The notes beneath the pieces are model-generated. The model saw nothing but the letters and a program-made list of their open reading frames with translations. It did no database searches and was not told the DNA's origin. From the NCBI GenBank assembly GCA_016748015.1, contig JAAOMT010000484.1, positions 257,443 to 321,442 on the forward strand: a stretch of DNA of 64,000 nucleotides. The letters run 5' to 3'. The stretch is from Geosiphon pyriformis uo1 (Eukaryota > Fungi > Glomeromycota). This document shows, one piece after another, positions 1-13,100 of the stretch (position 1 is its first letter; each line of letters opens with the position of its first letter). Made by a program: the position numbers and the translations under genes.

Positions 1-2
1 AG

Positions 3-518
3 CATATAACCCGAGTATCAGGACCTCATATTAGCCGTTTTATTCCGGAAATACATACTTTTGGAGCTCCAAGAGTTGGAAACAAGGAATTTAGTGAAAG
101 CGCAAATATGGAAATAGACCATTATCGCATGACCTATGGAAACGATCATGTTCCACACTTTCCATTTGCTACAATGGGGTGGAAGCATTTTGGTTATGAA
201 ATATGGATTGAGCCATTAGATACGTGTGATTGTACTGAGGATCAAAAGAAATATTGGGATTGTAATGGTGTTGAGCTTTCAAGGGAAAACAAAAATACAT
301 GGATTGATGATGAGAATGAGGTCAGTCAACACTTGTCCAATTATGAAATATTTTACACTGGAAAACTGAAAAAGTTGTGCTATTTATTTTAGGAATGTAA
401 TGCAGGTCAACCAATAGACAAGATTCCAGACCAATTTTTTCATAATGGCCCTTATTTCGGAGTTGAAATGAGCAATTGCGAACAAATTGAAGGGTTTAAA
501 AAAGTATTCATATATTAG
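3..518 (+). CDS. Class 3 lipase (Rhizomucor-type alpha/beta hydrolase), 3' portion; exons <3-320 and 393-518
   Basis: Frame from nt 3 reads ...HTFGAPRVGNKEF...YRMTYGNDHVPHFP...WKHFGYEIWI (catalytic Asp region). A GT..AG intron at 321-392 joins to ECNAGQ...HNGPYFG (catalytic His), stop TAG 516-518. The N-terminus with the GxSxG motif lies outside the window. Confidence 0.88.
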
Positions 519-1439
519 AGTGGCGTAAAAAGATTTAAAGCATGAAGTTTGATATTTGTATTTTTTTTAACAAAAACTTTAAAAAATAGGGCATGCGATT
601 GGAGTAATGGTTTTAATTTTAAGTGCAATTTTTCTTATCTAAATTTAATATTTTTGGAGACTCTTAAAACAATCAAAGGTTTACATTTGTCTTTTGAAAA
701 CTTAAATATACCAATATAGTGGCTTTCCTCTAATAATATATCGAGTGTTAATATAATTATAAAATGATTTTTAGTGAAAACCAATTGACAATTTGTATTC
801 CCAATATTTAAAATTGTAAAAGAATTTCAGCCAATTAAAAAAGCTATAAACCACCTTCTTATGACTCAATTTTTCTGTATAAAGTATTTAATATTCGCAT
901 TTGAAAAATAAAATTAAATGAGAATCCATTAAACAATAAAAAGTTTTCTAAAAAAACATGGAAATAAAAATCTAAATAAATTTACACAATTAATAATTTT
1001 TATATTAACTTTCGATTAATTGCAACATTTAGAAAAACAGAATTCAAAGTATTTATGCTATTTTTTTCTATTTTAATATGAAATGAACCAAGCTAACAAT
1101 TGGTTAACCAATTTTTTATATTTCAATTTAGGTGATTTAAAAATATAAGTACCTGTCACTTATTTACATTTATTGGAATATTACTTTAATTGAAAAAATA
1201 GCAATTTGATTACATATTTTAGTTATTTAATGTAATAATTATCTTAAACAGTAATAGAATTTTGCAATTATGTAGTCACAAATTCAAAGAATCTTTTTGA
1301 AATTTTAGACTAGCATTAATATTGTAGGTTTTAACAAATATAAATTAAGGTTTTAATCAATTTTTAATTCTTAATTATTGTTTTGGAACATATTATTAAA
1401 TTTCAATGTCGTTTTTGAGTTATTTAATTACTGATAAAA

Positions 1440-3417
1440 ATTTTTTTAATATTATTAAAATTTAGGCAATTGAAAATAGCATTTATTAACAAGATTATAA
1501 ATTATAATAAAATTTTTACTCTTTATCTCCTTATTTTCATGACCACGACCAAAACAAAGAGTAAAAAAGCCGCACTTAATATTTTTTCTAAGATATCTAA
1601 TATAGTTTCAACCAAAGAAGTTTTTTCTGTTGTAAAAGCAGCTAGACAGAACGTTTTGGAAGCTTTTTCTTAGTTAGTAATATTGAAAAGCTGCCTTTAA
1701 TGACCACTAAAACATCTTTTTTGTTTTTAACTGGTTCTTTACTGGTTAAAGTCTCTTCAAAGAAACATACTTAGGTTAGTTCCAGTGTTGTCTCTACTTT
1801 TTTCAAGAGCCCAAAAGTGTTTAACAACAGGCCAATTAACAAGCTGGTTTTTTTTTCATGGTTTTTATATTTAGTGCTGCTAGCACTACTTCTTCAAAAA
1901 ATAATCAAAATAACCAAAGTTTTAAGTAAGTAAAAGCAGTTGTTTATCTTTGCTATTATTATACCAAATCCTTTTGTGGTTTTTAATGAGATCTTAAATA
2001 AGATTTCTATTGTATTATTTAGTTTATTATACTGATTATATTGCCAAATATTATGTTTTCTAACAGATTATTGTTAGTTTTAGAAATAAAACAATCTGTT
2101 TTTGTTGAGTCACTTGTTTTTAGAAACTGGTTGATCAAATAAAAACTGAATCAAATTTTCTGTTGGTTTTTGGTATTACTATTAATGGTACTTGGGAAAT
2201 TATTATTAGTCATTAAAAGTTTTCTGAGTAAATAATCTTTATTCTGATATTTAATACTACTTTTAAGATCAAATTAGCTTATATTAAAACTGTGTTTTAA
2301 TCTGTATATGATTTCTTAGATGCAAAGTCAGTATTAAATAACAATATAAATTTTTTTTATATAAAATTTGCTTTTTAAGAATTTTTAAAAACTGTATTTT
2401 TGGTTAAGTTTACAAGTTTTGTTTATTTAACCATTTTTAAAATTGCCAAATTTTTGATGGTTTTTAAGTTTGGTTTCTTTTTTGCTGTTATTGTATTATA
2501 AAATATGTCTTTAGATATATTTGCTATTAATATTAAGATAATACTTAATGTTTTTAGTAAGATTATTTATGTTGTATTAAAATTTGTTAGTATTTAACAA
2601 TATATGTTTTATTTTTTATTTTGTTAATTTTGGTCATTGTTTTTAGTTTGCATTGGTTATATTTGAATTTCAAATTGATTTAAATACTGTAATTATTAAA
2701 ACTAATACTTTAAAAAAATATTATATTTAATAAAAAACTTTTGGAAATTATTATTGTTTTAGGTATTAGGATGTAAATTATTTAGTTGTAAATTATAAAA
2801 TGTTTTTTTATAATTTCTAAGATATTTGTATTATATTTTATAAAGTTTTATGTCAAAGTTTTTGCTTTTTTAAGCTTTTTTAAATCTCTTTTTTTGATGG
2901 TTTTTGTATTTTTTTCTGTAGTTATTGACAATCTTTTGGTTTCCTTATAATTAACTTTTTTGAAAACTAATTTGGCTAAGTTAATCTTTTTGGTTAGATT
3001 TATTGTTGAGTTTATAGATTTTTTGGTCATTGTATTTAAACCATTTGTTAAAAAAAATCTTATTTTAAACAATGCTTTTGGTTTCAAAGTCAATAAAATT
3101 TTGATATATATATGTATTTTTAGCAAGACTATTAATAACTCAAAATAAAAAGTAATTATATTAAAAAATAAGTATAAATTTAATAATATTAATATGTCTG
3201 GTTTCTATATAGGTTTGTTTGTTATTAATAATAATATGTTTTCTAATTTATTATTATTTTGAAAACATAAATCTGCTAATATTAAAGCTAATATCTTTAA
3301 AACAATTAGTTAATTAGTTGAATTGGTTCTTAATAGTGCTTTGTTGTTTGAAATTATTCAAAAAATGTTCTCTTTAAATAAGTTTTCTTTTAGAATTTCA
3401 ATATAGTATAGTATAAA
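1440..3417 (+). mobile_element. Degenerate ORF1-only non-LTR element (HAL1-like family), 5' part; its 3' tail is displaced to 20321-20442 by the LINE insertion
   Basis: Decayed ORF from ATG 1539 (MTTTKTKSKKAA...) to TAG 3404-3406, colinear with the better copy at 46965-49089. The 5' boundary is approximate. Confidence 0.8.
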
Positions 3418-4183
3418 AAGAAAAAAAAAACTTCTTTCTCTCCTTCATCCATAATTCCCAAAAAAGAGTTAAAAGTTTTTTTTGAAAAAAGTTTTTTCCA
3501 CAATTCAGTATAATAAATCCAAACTATTTTTTGATTACAAAGCCACTGTTGGCCCTAGTATTGCTGTTCTGAATAAATCTATCATGGAGTCTGGTTCTAG
3601 TATTAGTATTAAACCTGTGGAGTCCAAAAAAAAAAGAGAAGTGGTGTTTTGGAGAATAGTATTGGTAATAAAAAAATTGCTACTATAGTATCAAGTGGTC
3701 ATTTCTAGAGTTCTAAGACTGGTAACACTATTGAATCGGATAGTGTGGACATAAAAGAAAAATTTTTGATTGAGAAAACCAGCTTTAATTATGGGAAAGA
3801 TGACATTTTCACTGGTGGAAACTCAGAACAAACTCTCAAAAGTTCAAAAATTCAGACCAAGAGAACACTAGGTAAACTACTGGGAAAAATTGATTTCTTG
3901 GACAATGATGATAATGACGTTCTTTTGGACAATCTTGTGGTTTTCTCTTCTCCTTTGATGAACTTGGTCAATGTTTTGGTTCGAAAATTTTTTGCTATGA
4001 ATATTAAGCTAGATAAGGTGGCTGGAAAATCTTCTTAAAAAAAATTGGTGGTAGTCAGAAAATTGTTTTCAAAAATCAATGGTTTTGGGGGGGTCTCTAC
4101 TCCCTTAAAATTTTCAGAAATCATCTATGCTTCCTTCATTTTTGAATCTAATTTGGCACAGACTACAAAAAAGACAAGAGTGG

Positions 4184-5055
4184 TGTTACAGATGACAATT
4201 TCTGGTGTTAAATTAAATATGAACCTGTAACTTGGTGCTCAAAGCTATTCTCATTGTTGATGATTTGAAGGTTTTGTATCTAAAGGTTTTGTATCTGAAG
4301 AGTTTGGTTGAGTTCTTTGTATAATGGACAGAGATTCAATGGTGATAGTTTTATCTGTAGCTTCCTAAAACCATAGTTTCATCAATTTTTTTTTAGCTTG
4401 ATGGCCAGTATTTCTCCTGGTAAGCTATCCTCAATCGAGTGTTCTACTCTTATTTCTGGGTCTTTTACCAGTCACATTTATCCTGATGTCAGTGCCCCAT
4501 GCGTTAATCCTCAATAGAGTTAGTAAACAACAATAAATCAAAGCAAGAAAATAAAGAAAAAAAAAAATAAAGAAAAAAAAGAAATAAGCCAAGGCAATTT
4601 GCAAGTTAGTATTTCATCAATAGCCATGATCAAGAGCTATTGTTCCAGTGTGGTTAAGTATCAATTACTATCAACATGAAGTGTTGATAGTGGAAATGGG
4701 TTTGAGATAACAAATAGTTATTTATTAGATGCTTGTGGTTTGAAGAGTTGCTTTAATTAAATCTAAACTAAGAGATCTGTCTTTTCAGCTTCTAATCCTG
4801 CTGCTATATATACATAATTGAGATTCCTTAATTCCTCGATTCTTCACAACAGGAATTCTAGAATTCCTGGAATTCTGCAATTCCTTTGAGAGGAATCCTG
4901 GAATTCTGGAATCCTACAATTCCTTGTCAGGGAATCCTGAAATTTCTGGAATCCTGTAATTCCTGAGAGGAATCCTGGAATTCCACATTTATTATGCCTA
5001 CTTCTGATTGGCTAATAATCATGCTAATATATTTTCTATATTTCTATGAGTAACA
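4184..5055 (-). repeat. 3' LTR
   Basis: Direct repeat of 13438-14312; TGTTAC...GTAACA termini; contains a GGAAT(T)CCT tandem array around 4820-4985. Confidence 0.96.
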
Positions 5056-5070
5056 TTATTCTCTCCTTTT
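5056..5070 (-). promoter_or_regulatory. Polypurine tract (AAAAGGAGAGAATAA)
   Basis: Purine run directly abutting the 3' LTR on the minus strand. Confidence 0.85.
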
Positions 5071-5728
5071 AATATTGAGCTCCATTGAAATCCAACTCGT
5101 TTAATTCCCTCTCTTGAAGTATTTCCTGGATTTCGTTTTCGAGAATTACTTGTATTATTTGGGTCTGTAATTCTTCAAATTGAGCATTGGTGATCTTTCC
5201 CAATTGATTACTGGTAACCATATCCATTGTTTTGTTGAGTAATATTTCTGGTCTATCCTGAAATACTGTGTGTATTTGGTATATAGCTCAGGCCTGTATG
5301 GATAAATTGTTCTTTCCCACAAAATGTTTTAATTGTTGTAGTATTCTTTTGTCAAATAATCACTTTGTTTTATCCATATATAGATTCTGGATATTTATGT
5401 GTTGTCCCAAGTAAAAATAACAATAGTTTTGTGGAAATTGTTGTATCCACCAATTCCAAGTTTCTTTAGTTAATTCTTGATATAGTGACTCTTTTGTTGA
5501 CTTTTTTATTGCTAATTTTACTTTTACAATGATTTTGTCCATTGTATTTTCAGTTTTCTTCTGTGTTCTGGGTTGCAATGTCTTTCTAGTATCTTGATAT
5601 CGAATGGTTTGTTGATTGATTGTAATCTCTATTTTCTGGTGTTAGATCAATTGAAAGAGTTGTTGTGCTAGTGAGTGAATGTTGTCTATAATTTCCATTT
5701 TTTTGATATTTCCTGTCATGTCTATCAT
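5069..5728 (-). pseudogene. Extra 3' ORF (ORF3, 219 codons) of unknown function in the Gypsy element
   Basis: Single frame from ATG 5728 to TAA 5071-5069 at the PPT. It is broken only by three stops (5644 TAA, 5362 TGA, 5290 TGA), each one C->T away from CAA or CGA. Confidence 0.75.
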
Positions 5729-5752
5729 GTCTTTATATATTCTTTTGATGGA

Positions 5753-7122
5753 TCAATTTGATGTGTTGTTGTCAATAATAATAATTGGTTCTAGGTCTTG
5801 TGGAATCTAATCTGGTTGGACTAGTATTCTCTGTACTCCTAATTGTAGAATATTACTGGTGGATGGTGGTATGGTTTCAGTTGATCACCATGTGCTGCTT
5901 TGGTTAAAATTTTGTTGTCCAGTCTTAATTTGTAAGCTCCATTCCCTAAAATTTCTTCTATGTGAAATGGTCCATCTCATTTGGGGTCAAATTTTCTACT
6001 CCATTGTTTTTCTACTTTGGTACGATATAAGAGTACTTTGTCTCCAATCTTGAATTCAACTAGTTTGTCTGGTAGTTGATTATTATGTTTTTCTTTCTGT
6101 TTCTTTTGTGACTTTTGTATGTTATTAGCTGCTCTTTTTTATTTGTTTTCCAATGTTTCCATTAAGTTATATATTCTTCTTAACAATGTTTCTTGGAAAT
6201 TCTCTTCTGTTATTGGTTCAGTTGGATATGTGTTGACCTTTATCTCCACTGGTAATGTTGCTGTTCTACCATATACTAATTCAAATGGTGTTGCTTGTGT
6301 AGTGTCTTGCTTTATTGTTCGATAAGCAAATAGTACTGCTGGTATTAACACGTCCCAATCATTCTGGTTTTTTTGACTGAGCTTAGCTATTGCTTTACAC
6401 AATGTTCTGTTGAATCTTTCGACTAATCTATTGGTTTGTGAATGGTATGATGATGATAGTGGTCACTTAATTCCGAATCTTTGGCTCAATTCTGTTAATG
6501 TTCTGTTCACAAAATAAGTTCTTTGGTCTGATAATAATTCCTTTGGACATCTGTGTTGACAAATTAAATCTTGATGAACAAATTCGGCAATGGATTCTGC
6601 ATCTGCTTTTTGAATTGCTTTCACCTCTGGCCATTTAGTGAGATAGTTCATGACTATTGCTATGTATCTGTTTCCTCCTCTGGTGATTGTTAATGGTCTG
6701 ACTAGATCAATTCCAATACGGTCAAATGGTTGTCCCACTTTGATTGGTCTTAATAGTTCACTGGGTTTCATACCTCCTCTTTGCTGACAAGCATCACAAT
6801 TTTGAACATATTGGATGATGTCTGGATACATTAATGGCCAATAGTATCTTTTTCTGGTTTTTTCTATGGTTGCTTCTTTGTGAAAGTGTCCTGCTGTTGG
6901 ATTTGAGTACATGTTGAATAATATTGTCTTTTTTTCTGGCTCTGTAATTACTCTGGTTGGTTGCTCTAGATCTCTTCTATTTTTCTGATAAAATATATTT
7001 TGGTGAGTAATAAAATATTTTGATTGTTGTTTGATACTCTTTCATTTCGTTTGAGATAAATTCTTCTTGAACTGTTGAGTGTTTATATAATGTAGCAGTT
7101 GTTGATATTTTTGTATGTTCAT
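5753..7122 (-). pseudogene. Integrase encoded as a separate ORF
   Basis: Own ATG at 7122, in a different frame from the RH stop at 7185-7187. Zinc-binding region AGHF...CDAC, core IGIDLV..., LLSDQ, NRLVERFNRT, C-terminal FKIGDKVL...WDGPF..GAYKL; stop TGA 5755-5753. Confidence 0.88.
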
Positions 7123-7184
7123 CTTTTGTTATATTTTTTGTTGGTATTGTTCTGGTTTTGTTATATTTTTGGGTTAAAATGTTC

Positions 7185-10100
7185 TTAGATTTGTCTCATT
7201 CGCAACAAACTGTCAGTATTTCCATTGTCTTTTCCCTTTTTATAATGTATAGTATAATTATATGGTGCGAGTGCCATTTTCCATCTTGACTGTCTTCCAT
7301 CTCCAAATTCTTGTTTTTGAAGTGATGTTAATCCTTTGTGATCTGTGTATACTTCAAACTTCTGGCTCAAGTATTTTTTCTATTTTATGACTGCCCAGTA
7401 TATTGCTAAGTGTTTTTGTTCCAGTGTTCCATAGTTCTTTTTGGCTGGTGTTAAATCTTTGCTGGCATATGCTACTGAATGTTCTCTGCTGTCTGGTTCT
7501 CTCTGAAATAGTACTGCTTCCAATGCTTGGCCAGATGCATTGGTGGTGATGATGAATGGTTTGCTGTGATATAGATAGATCAGTACTGGAGCTTGAATGA
7601 GCTTTCTTCTCAGAATATTAAAAGCTTCTTGTTGACTTTCTGTCCATTCATATTTTGTATTCTTGGTTTGCAGTTGGTTGAGTGGCTGCACTATGTTGGA
7701 AAAGTTCTTGATAAAACGTTGATAATAGCTGGCAAATTCCAAGAATGATTTCAGTTCTGTCATATTTGTCAGCACTGGAAAGTTCTTTACTATCTCTATT
7801 TTCTCTGAATCCATTTTGATGCCATCTTTGCTAACTATGTGTTCCAAGAATTTTAGTTCTGTTTTGCCAAAAAAACACTTTGTTGCATTTAACTTTAGTC
7901 CTGTTCTTCTTAGTCTTTTGAACACTTGTTGAAAATGATGAAGATGATCATCAAATGTTTTTGAGAATACATTGGTGTTGTCCAAGTATACAACTACTGA
8001 TTTCCACAATAAGCTAGTATAAACAATTTCTATTAGCCTTTGGAAAGTGGCTGGTGTGTTGGTTAAGCCAAATAGTATTACTTCAAATACAAAATTCCCT
8101 TCTCTAGTAGTGAATGCCGTTTTCTCTTTGTTGGCTGGATTTATGGCTACTTGCCAGTAACCACTGTCCAAGTCTAATGTTGAGAAACATTTGTTCCCAC
8201 CAAAAGCATCGAATAGTTCTTGTATCTGTGGAGTTGGATAGCTGTCTCCACAAGTTACACTATTTAGTTTTCTGTAGTCTACACAAAATTGGATCTTTCT
8301 ATTCTTCTTATGGATGAGTACTACTGGTAACAACTATAGGCTTATTGATGGCTAAATTAACCCATTGTCAAGCATTCAGTTGATCTCTTGATGGATGATT
8401 TCATGGCTGGCTGGTGGTACTCTGTATGCTCGCTGTTTAATTGGCATTGCACCTTCAGTCTTGATTTGATGTTGGATGATGTCAGTTCTGCCAAATTTAT
8501 TTTTGCTAGCAAAGATGTCATTGAAATTGTTAAGTAACATCTTGAGCTACATATATTGTAGTGGGTCTAGATTTCCTATGTTCATTTGTTCTAATTGTTC
8601 TGGTTGGAGCAAATAACATTTGTCTCATCCAAAAATGGTTTGTGATGTGATGTCGACATATTCACAAAGTTGTGGAAAGTCTGGAATGGGGTTTGGTGGT
8701 TGATCTTCTATTTCTGTGGTTAAATATCCGATGGTGGTTCCTTCTGGTATGTTAATGACATTGCCAGTGTTGTTGTAGATGGGAATTTTTATGTGGCTAT
8801 AGCTTTTGGCTGGTATGTGGAGATTGATCAGTCCAATTTCTCTTGATTCACAAAAGTTTGCTTCCACTTCAAAAATCTGTTCTTGCTCTTTTTCCTTCCT
8901 TTCTATTGCTAGCATGTACTGGCTATATGGTGGAATGGAAATAGCTTGACCAGTTGAGATAATTTCTTCTTGGTCAACAATTTCTTCCTCCACCATATTA
9001 ACTGGTACATCTATTCTACTTGTTGACCCAAATCCCTATATTTCTCTCACTGTTATTCTTAACTCTTCCCTATTTCTCACTGACACTAATTGAGCTATTT
9101 TAACCAAAGACAAGAATATTGTCTGTGCTATCTTTTTGTTTGGCTCTATAATATAGGTCTTTTCTAAGTCATTTTGTAGTATGGCAATGATATTTTCTAC
9201 ATATCCCCTATCAATTATTCCTTCTCTTATATTAATCCTTCTTTTTGCTAAACTACTCTGGAATGTTAGTTGAACCATTGTTGTTGCTGGGATTTCTAGT
9301 GCTATTTTCAAATCAATGTAGGTGCACGAATGTGGTTTCAATTTGATGGCATCTTTTTCTGGATATCTCAAGTCAAATTCGGCATCAGTATTATGTGTGT
9401 GTTCTGGCATAATACCTTTATTATTATTGCTGAACCATTTCAGTTCTTGTTTCTTGGTGAGGTCAGGAAGCACAATATATTGTTCATAATTTGAGTTGGA
9501 GTTTGAATCTGAGTTGATATTATTGTCATTGTCATTGTCATTTTGAATGGAGCTGGAACCATTATTCTCGTTGTCATTGTTGTTAGAGTTTGAATCAGGA
9601 TTGAATGGTGATTCCGACTTCAATGCGCAGCTGCTGATTGGTTCTTTTTCTTCAGGGATCATGTAGATCATGTGTGGTAGTAGATTGTAAATGAGATCAC
9701 AATTGTTACAATATTCAAAGTCACTGGGAATTAAACAATGGCAACACAGTCTTGTATTCAACTGTGTTAGCTATTGTTCTTGCTCCTTTCTAGTGGATGC
9801 CAAGTTTTGGTAGTGCTCATGGAACTTTTTTGGTTCCAAGAAATTTATGACTGGCTTTACATTCCAGTCAAGCTCGATAGATTCTGGTGAATTGTTTTTA
9901 AGTGTCCTGATTTCTTCTGGCGATGTATCTTCAATTTTGGCAATTGCCATTTGCCATAATTCATTGTCATCATATGGACAACTGTCCAATCACTGTACAG
10001 CTCTTCTCCAGGTGGCTTCTATTGGTGTCTCTTTCTCGACCCAGTCACTGATGAGAATCGTGTATTGGCAGGAAACATCACACATTCCTCCTCTTCCAGG

Positions 10101-13100
10101 AATGTTGTTCCACATTCTTTTGTCAAGGAGAGTTTTTCCACAGGCTAGACATGGTGTATTATCCCATTTTCTCACTTATTTTGGTCTTCCAAAATGTTTG
10201 ATGAGGCATGTGTGACAATAGAACTTGGTTGCCATCTGATATTCTTTGTCGTCACTACAGCATGCACTTATTGATGACAATTTCTTGCCACAATTAATGC
10301 ATATTAGTTTGGGTTGGCAATAGGTCGATGATTGTTGTTGACCATAGGTGTATGGGATATAAGTGTTGTTGGCTTGAGTGTTTTCTTTTTCCCTTTTCCC
10401 TTTTCTTCTTTCCATTTCCAACTCAATGGTTCTTTCTGTTCATTGTTGGTCCAGGTCAAATCATTTGTCTTCCAGGTCAGTTCCTCTTTTTGCTTTCCCT
10501 TAGGATTGTTGTTTCATGAGAGTATTGGCAGCAGTTTGTTGTGGTTTGGGTCAGCCCATGAGACTTGGTAGGCTTTCCAGATAGATTTTGTCTTTTCTTT
10601 GAAATCAATTAGTGGTGCTGATGAGTTTGTGGTTTTGAAGTGATCACACGTAACTGGTACCCATGTGTGTCATCCATTTTGACTGAGCTGGAGTTCTTGC
10701 ATGGTCCAGTCAAGCATAGTATTGGTTTTGACTAGCCAATCATTACCAACTAGTGCTTAGTACTGAGTTGTTTCCATCACCAAGACCTTAATGGGGGTGA
10801 TGATGCCATTAACTTCAATTGGGAAGTCATCAATTTTGCCAATAGATGTTCTCATGGCACTATCTACAGTGATAATTCTAGTGCTAGCAGCTTGATCAAC
10901 TCAGCGACCTAATTGATCCATGAGTTGCTTGGTGATGATGCTGCCTGCTGAACCACTATCAAGGATGAGTTTGATAGGGTGTCCATTTATTTTTACATCA
11001 GTGTACATTGTTGTGATGGGTTTCTCTTCGAGAGCAGCTCTACTGAATAGCAGTAATTGGAATGGCTCCTCAAATTTAAAAGAGAAGATGGCTGCTAATG
11101 ATCTATCATTGGTGACAGTTGCTGGTGGGATGTTGTTGATAAGTGTTGTCTGTTGGTTAGATTCCAAGTTGCTGGATGTGGTGTCTTCTAGGGTGATCAG
11201 AAGACTTAAATAGTTCTGGGAATTCAGGTTTTGGGTGGCACCAGTACCCAAATTCCAAGAACGCGATTCTGATAGTGAGTTGGAAGAACTGGGGATTGGT
11301 TAGTAGACAACCATCACTGATCTCCAGTTTTGTGTGATTCTAGGTCTCAGGTTTCCTGATGTCATTGTAGCTGAGTTTTGGATCAGTGTTTGAATTGGTG
11401 GTTGAGACTGATAAATTATTTGGGGCTGTGGCTGATAAATTACTGGAGGCTGCTGTTGATAAATTGCCAGTGGCTGTGGTTGATAAACTGAAGGTTGATA
11501 GATTGGTTGCTGCATCATTGGTAGATAAGTATTTTGATATTGGTATTGATCTTGATTTGGATAATGGTTTGGAGTTTGGAACTGGCGGTCAGGGTTTCTG
11601 TATTGATTTCTTGATCATTGATTGCTATAAATATAGTAATTAACTTGAATATGGCCTTGTTTACCACAATAGTGGCAGATACGCATTTCCTGTTGCCACT
11701 GTTGATTGGTTGATGAAGATGAACATGGTTGATTTTGGGCACAATTAGAGTTTCCTTGATTATTGCATTGTTGAGAAGGCTGATAAATGGTGTGATTTTT
11801 AGCTAAGTATTCTTTCAATCTCTTATTAATTGATTTACTGAACTTCTCCAATTTGGAATCCAATTCAGATGATCTGTTCATTACTAGATTAATGGCTTGG
11901 GTGTGGTTGGCCTCTAACTCAGTGGATTTAAAATCTCTGGCATGTGTGACTGTGTCTTGAAGTGTGTCTGGATGCAATAGACGTACATGTTGCAAGATGT
12001 TGCTGTGCAGGCCATGGATAAACTGGTTGAAAATCTGTGGTGCTGTGAAATAGTTGGCATCAATTGCTTGAATTTGGTGTAGATTTCAATGGAAGTGTCC
12101 TAGGTAAGTGGTGACTGCTTCAGTTTTTCCTTGTTTCATGGTTGTGAATATGTTGACTAAGCGATTGATGCTGTTATTGTTGCTGAAGTATTTTAGAAAT
12201 TCTACTTTGAAGGCATTGAAATCTTGTGGTTTATTAATCAAGCTCTGGTACCAGGAATTAGTGATATCCTTAAGAAAATAGGGAATGGTTTGCATTGCTT
12301 GGGTGTCATTTCATCTGTTGGCTGCAATGGGCTTTTTTACATCATTTAGCCATACTTAAGCGTTGTCTTCTTTGCTGGTAAAGTTGTCAAGTTTTGCAAT
12401 TGGTACATAAGCCATTGGATCTAAGTTGGGTTGTTGTGGTGGCTGTTGAAGCGGTTGTTGTGATACTGGTTGTTGGGGTGGAGGTGGCTGCTGTATGGGT
12501 TTGGCTATTGAATTAATCAGCGGTTGATTGATGACAATTACCAGGAGTAAGTTTTGCTGATTAATTAATTTGGGGTTTAGATTTTGTGGTGTTTGAATAT
12601 TCAGAGTTTTGATTTCTGGATTTTCTTGCTGAGTTTGAATGTTCGGGGTTCCAAATTCCAGGTTTTTAAGGATCGGGTTTTAGTAAGTAAATTCTTGATC
12701 TTCCGATTCTTCTTTCTCTTTTTCTTCAGATAGTTCCCATGGGGTAGTGGTTCCAAAGTCCAGTTGAGGCAGCAGTGATCAAATTCCTGATGGTGTTAGT
12801 GATTATGACTTAAATCCTTCAAAATATTTGCTGTATGGTCCTAGTAGATCTGTTTTTCTTTGTTTACTTTGGAATGGAAATTGTCCAAATGTTGATATTG
12901 CGTTTGATGTGGATGTGCTTGCTGATGTTATATTAATGGCACTTCCCAGTGTGTAGTGATAGGATAGAGCAGTTGGTAATTTAACTCTTGTTTTCTTCCA
13001 AGTGGGTGGTTGTATCTTTTTGGGTGTTACCACTGGTGTTTGTAGTTTTCCTTTGCTTTTACTGGCATAAGTAATTGGATATCTTTGTTGGGTGTGATGT

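Noticed and set aside
2848-3148. Many short ORF-track entries in TE regions and antisense to genes (also e.g. 15784-16131, 23298-23591, 36298-36672, 56466-56738)
   Set aside because: Shadow frames or fragments of decayed TE ORFs, without independent motifs.
4820-4990. Short repeats resembling a CRISPR or iteron array
   Set aside because: Degenerate 8-9-mers without unique spacers, duplicated inside both LTRs, in a eukaryotic context.
5069-5728. ORF3 as a retroviral env gene
   Set aside because: Short, with no evident signal peptide, furin site or transmembrane anchor.
10380-10900. Programmed gag-pol frameshift
   Set aside because: Gag and protease share a frame. The shift lies downstream in a low-complexity purine-rich linker and is more simply explained as a post-insertion indel.
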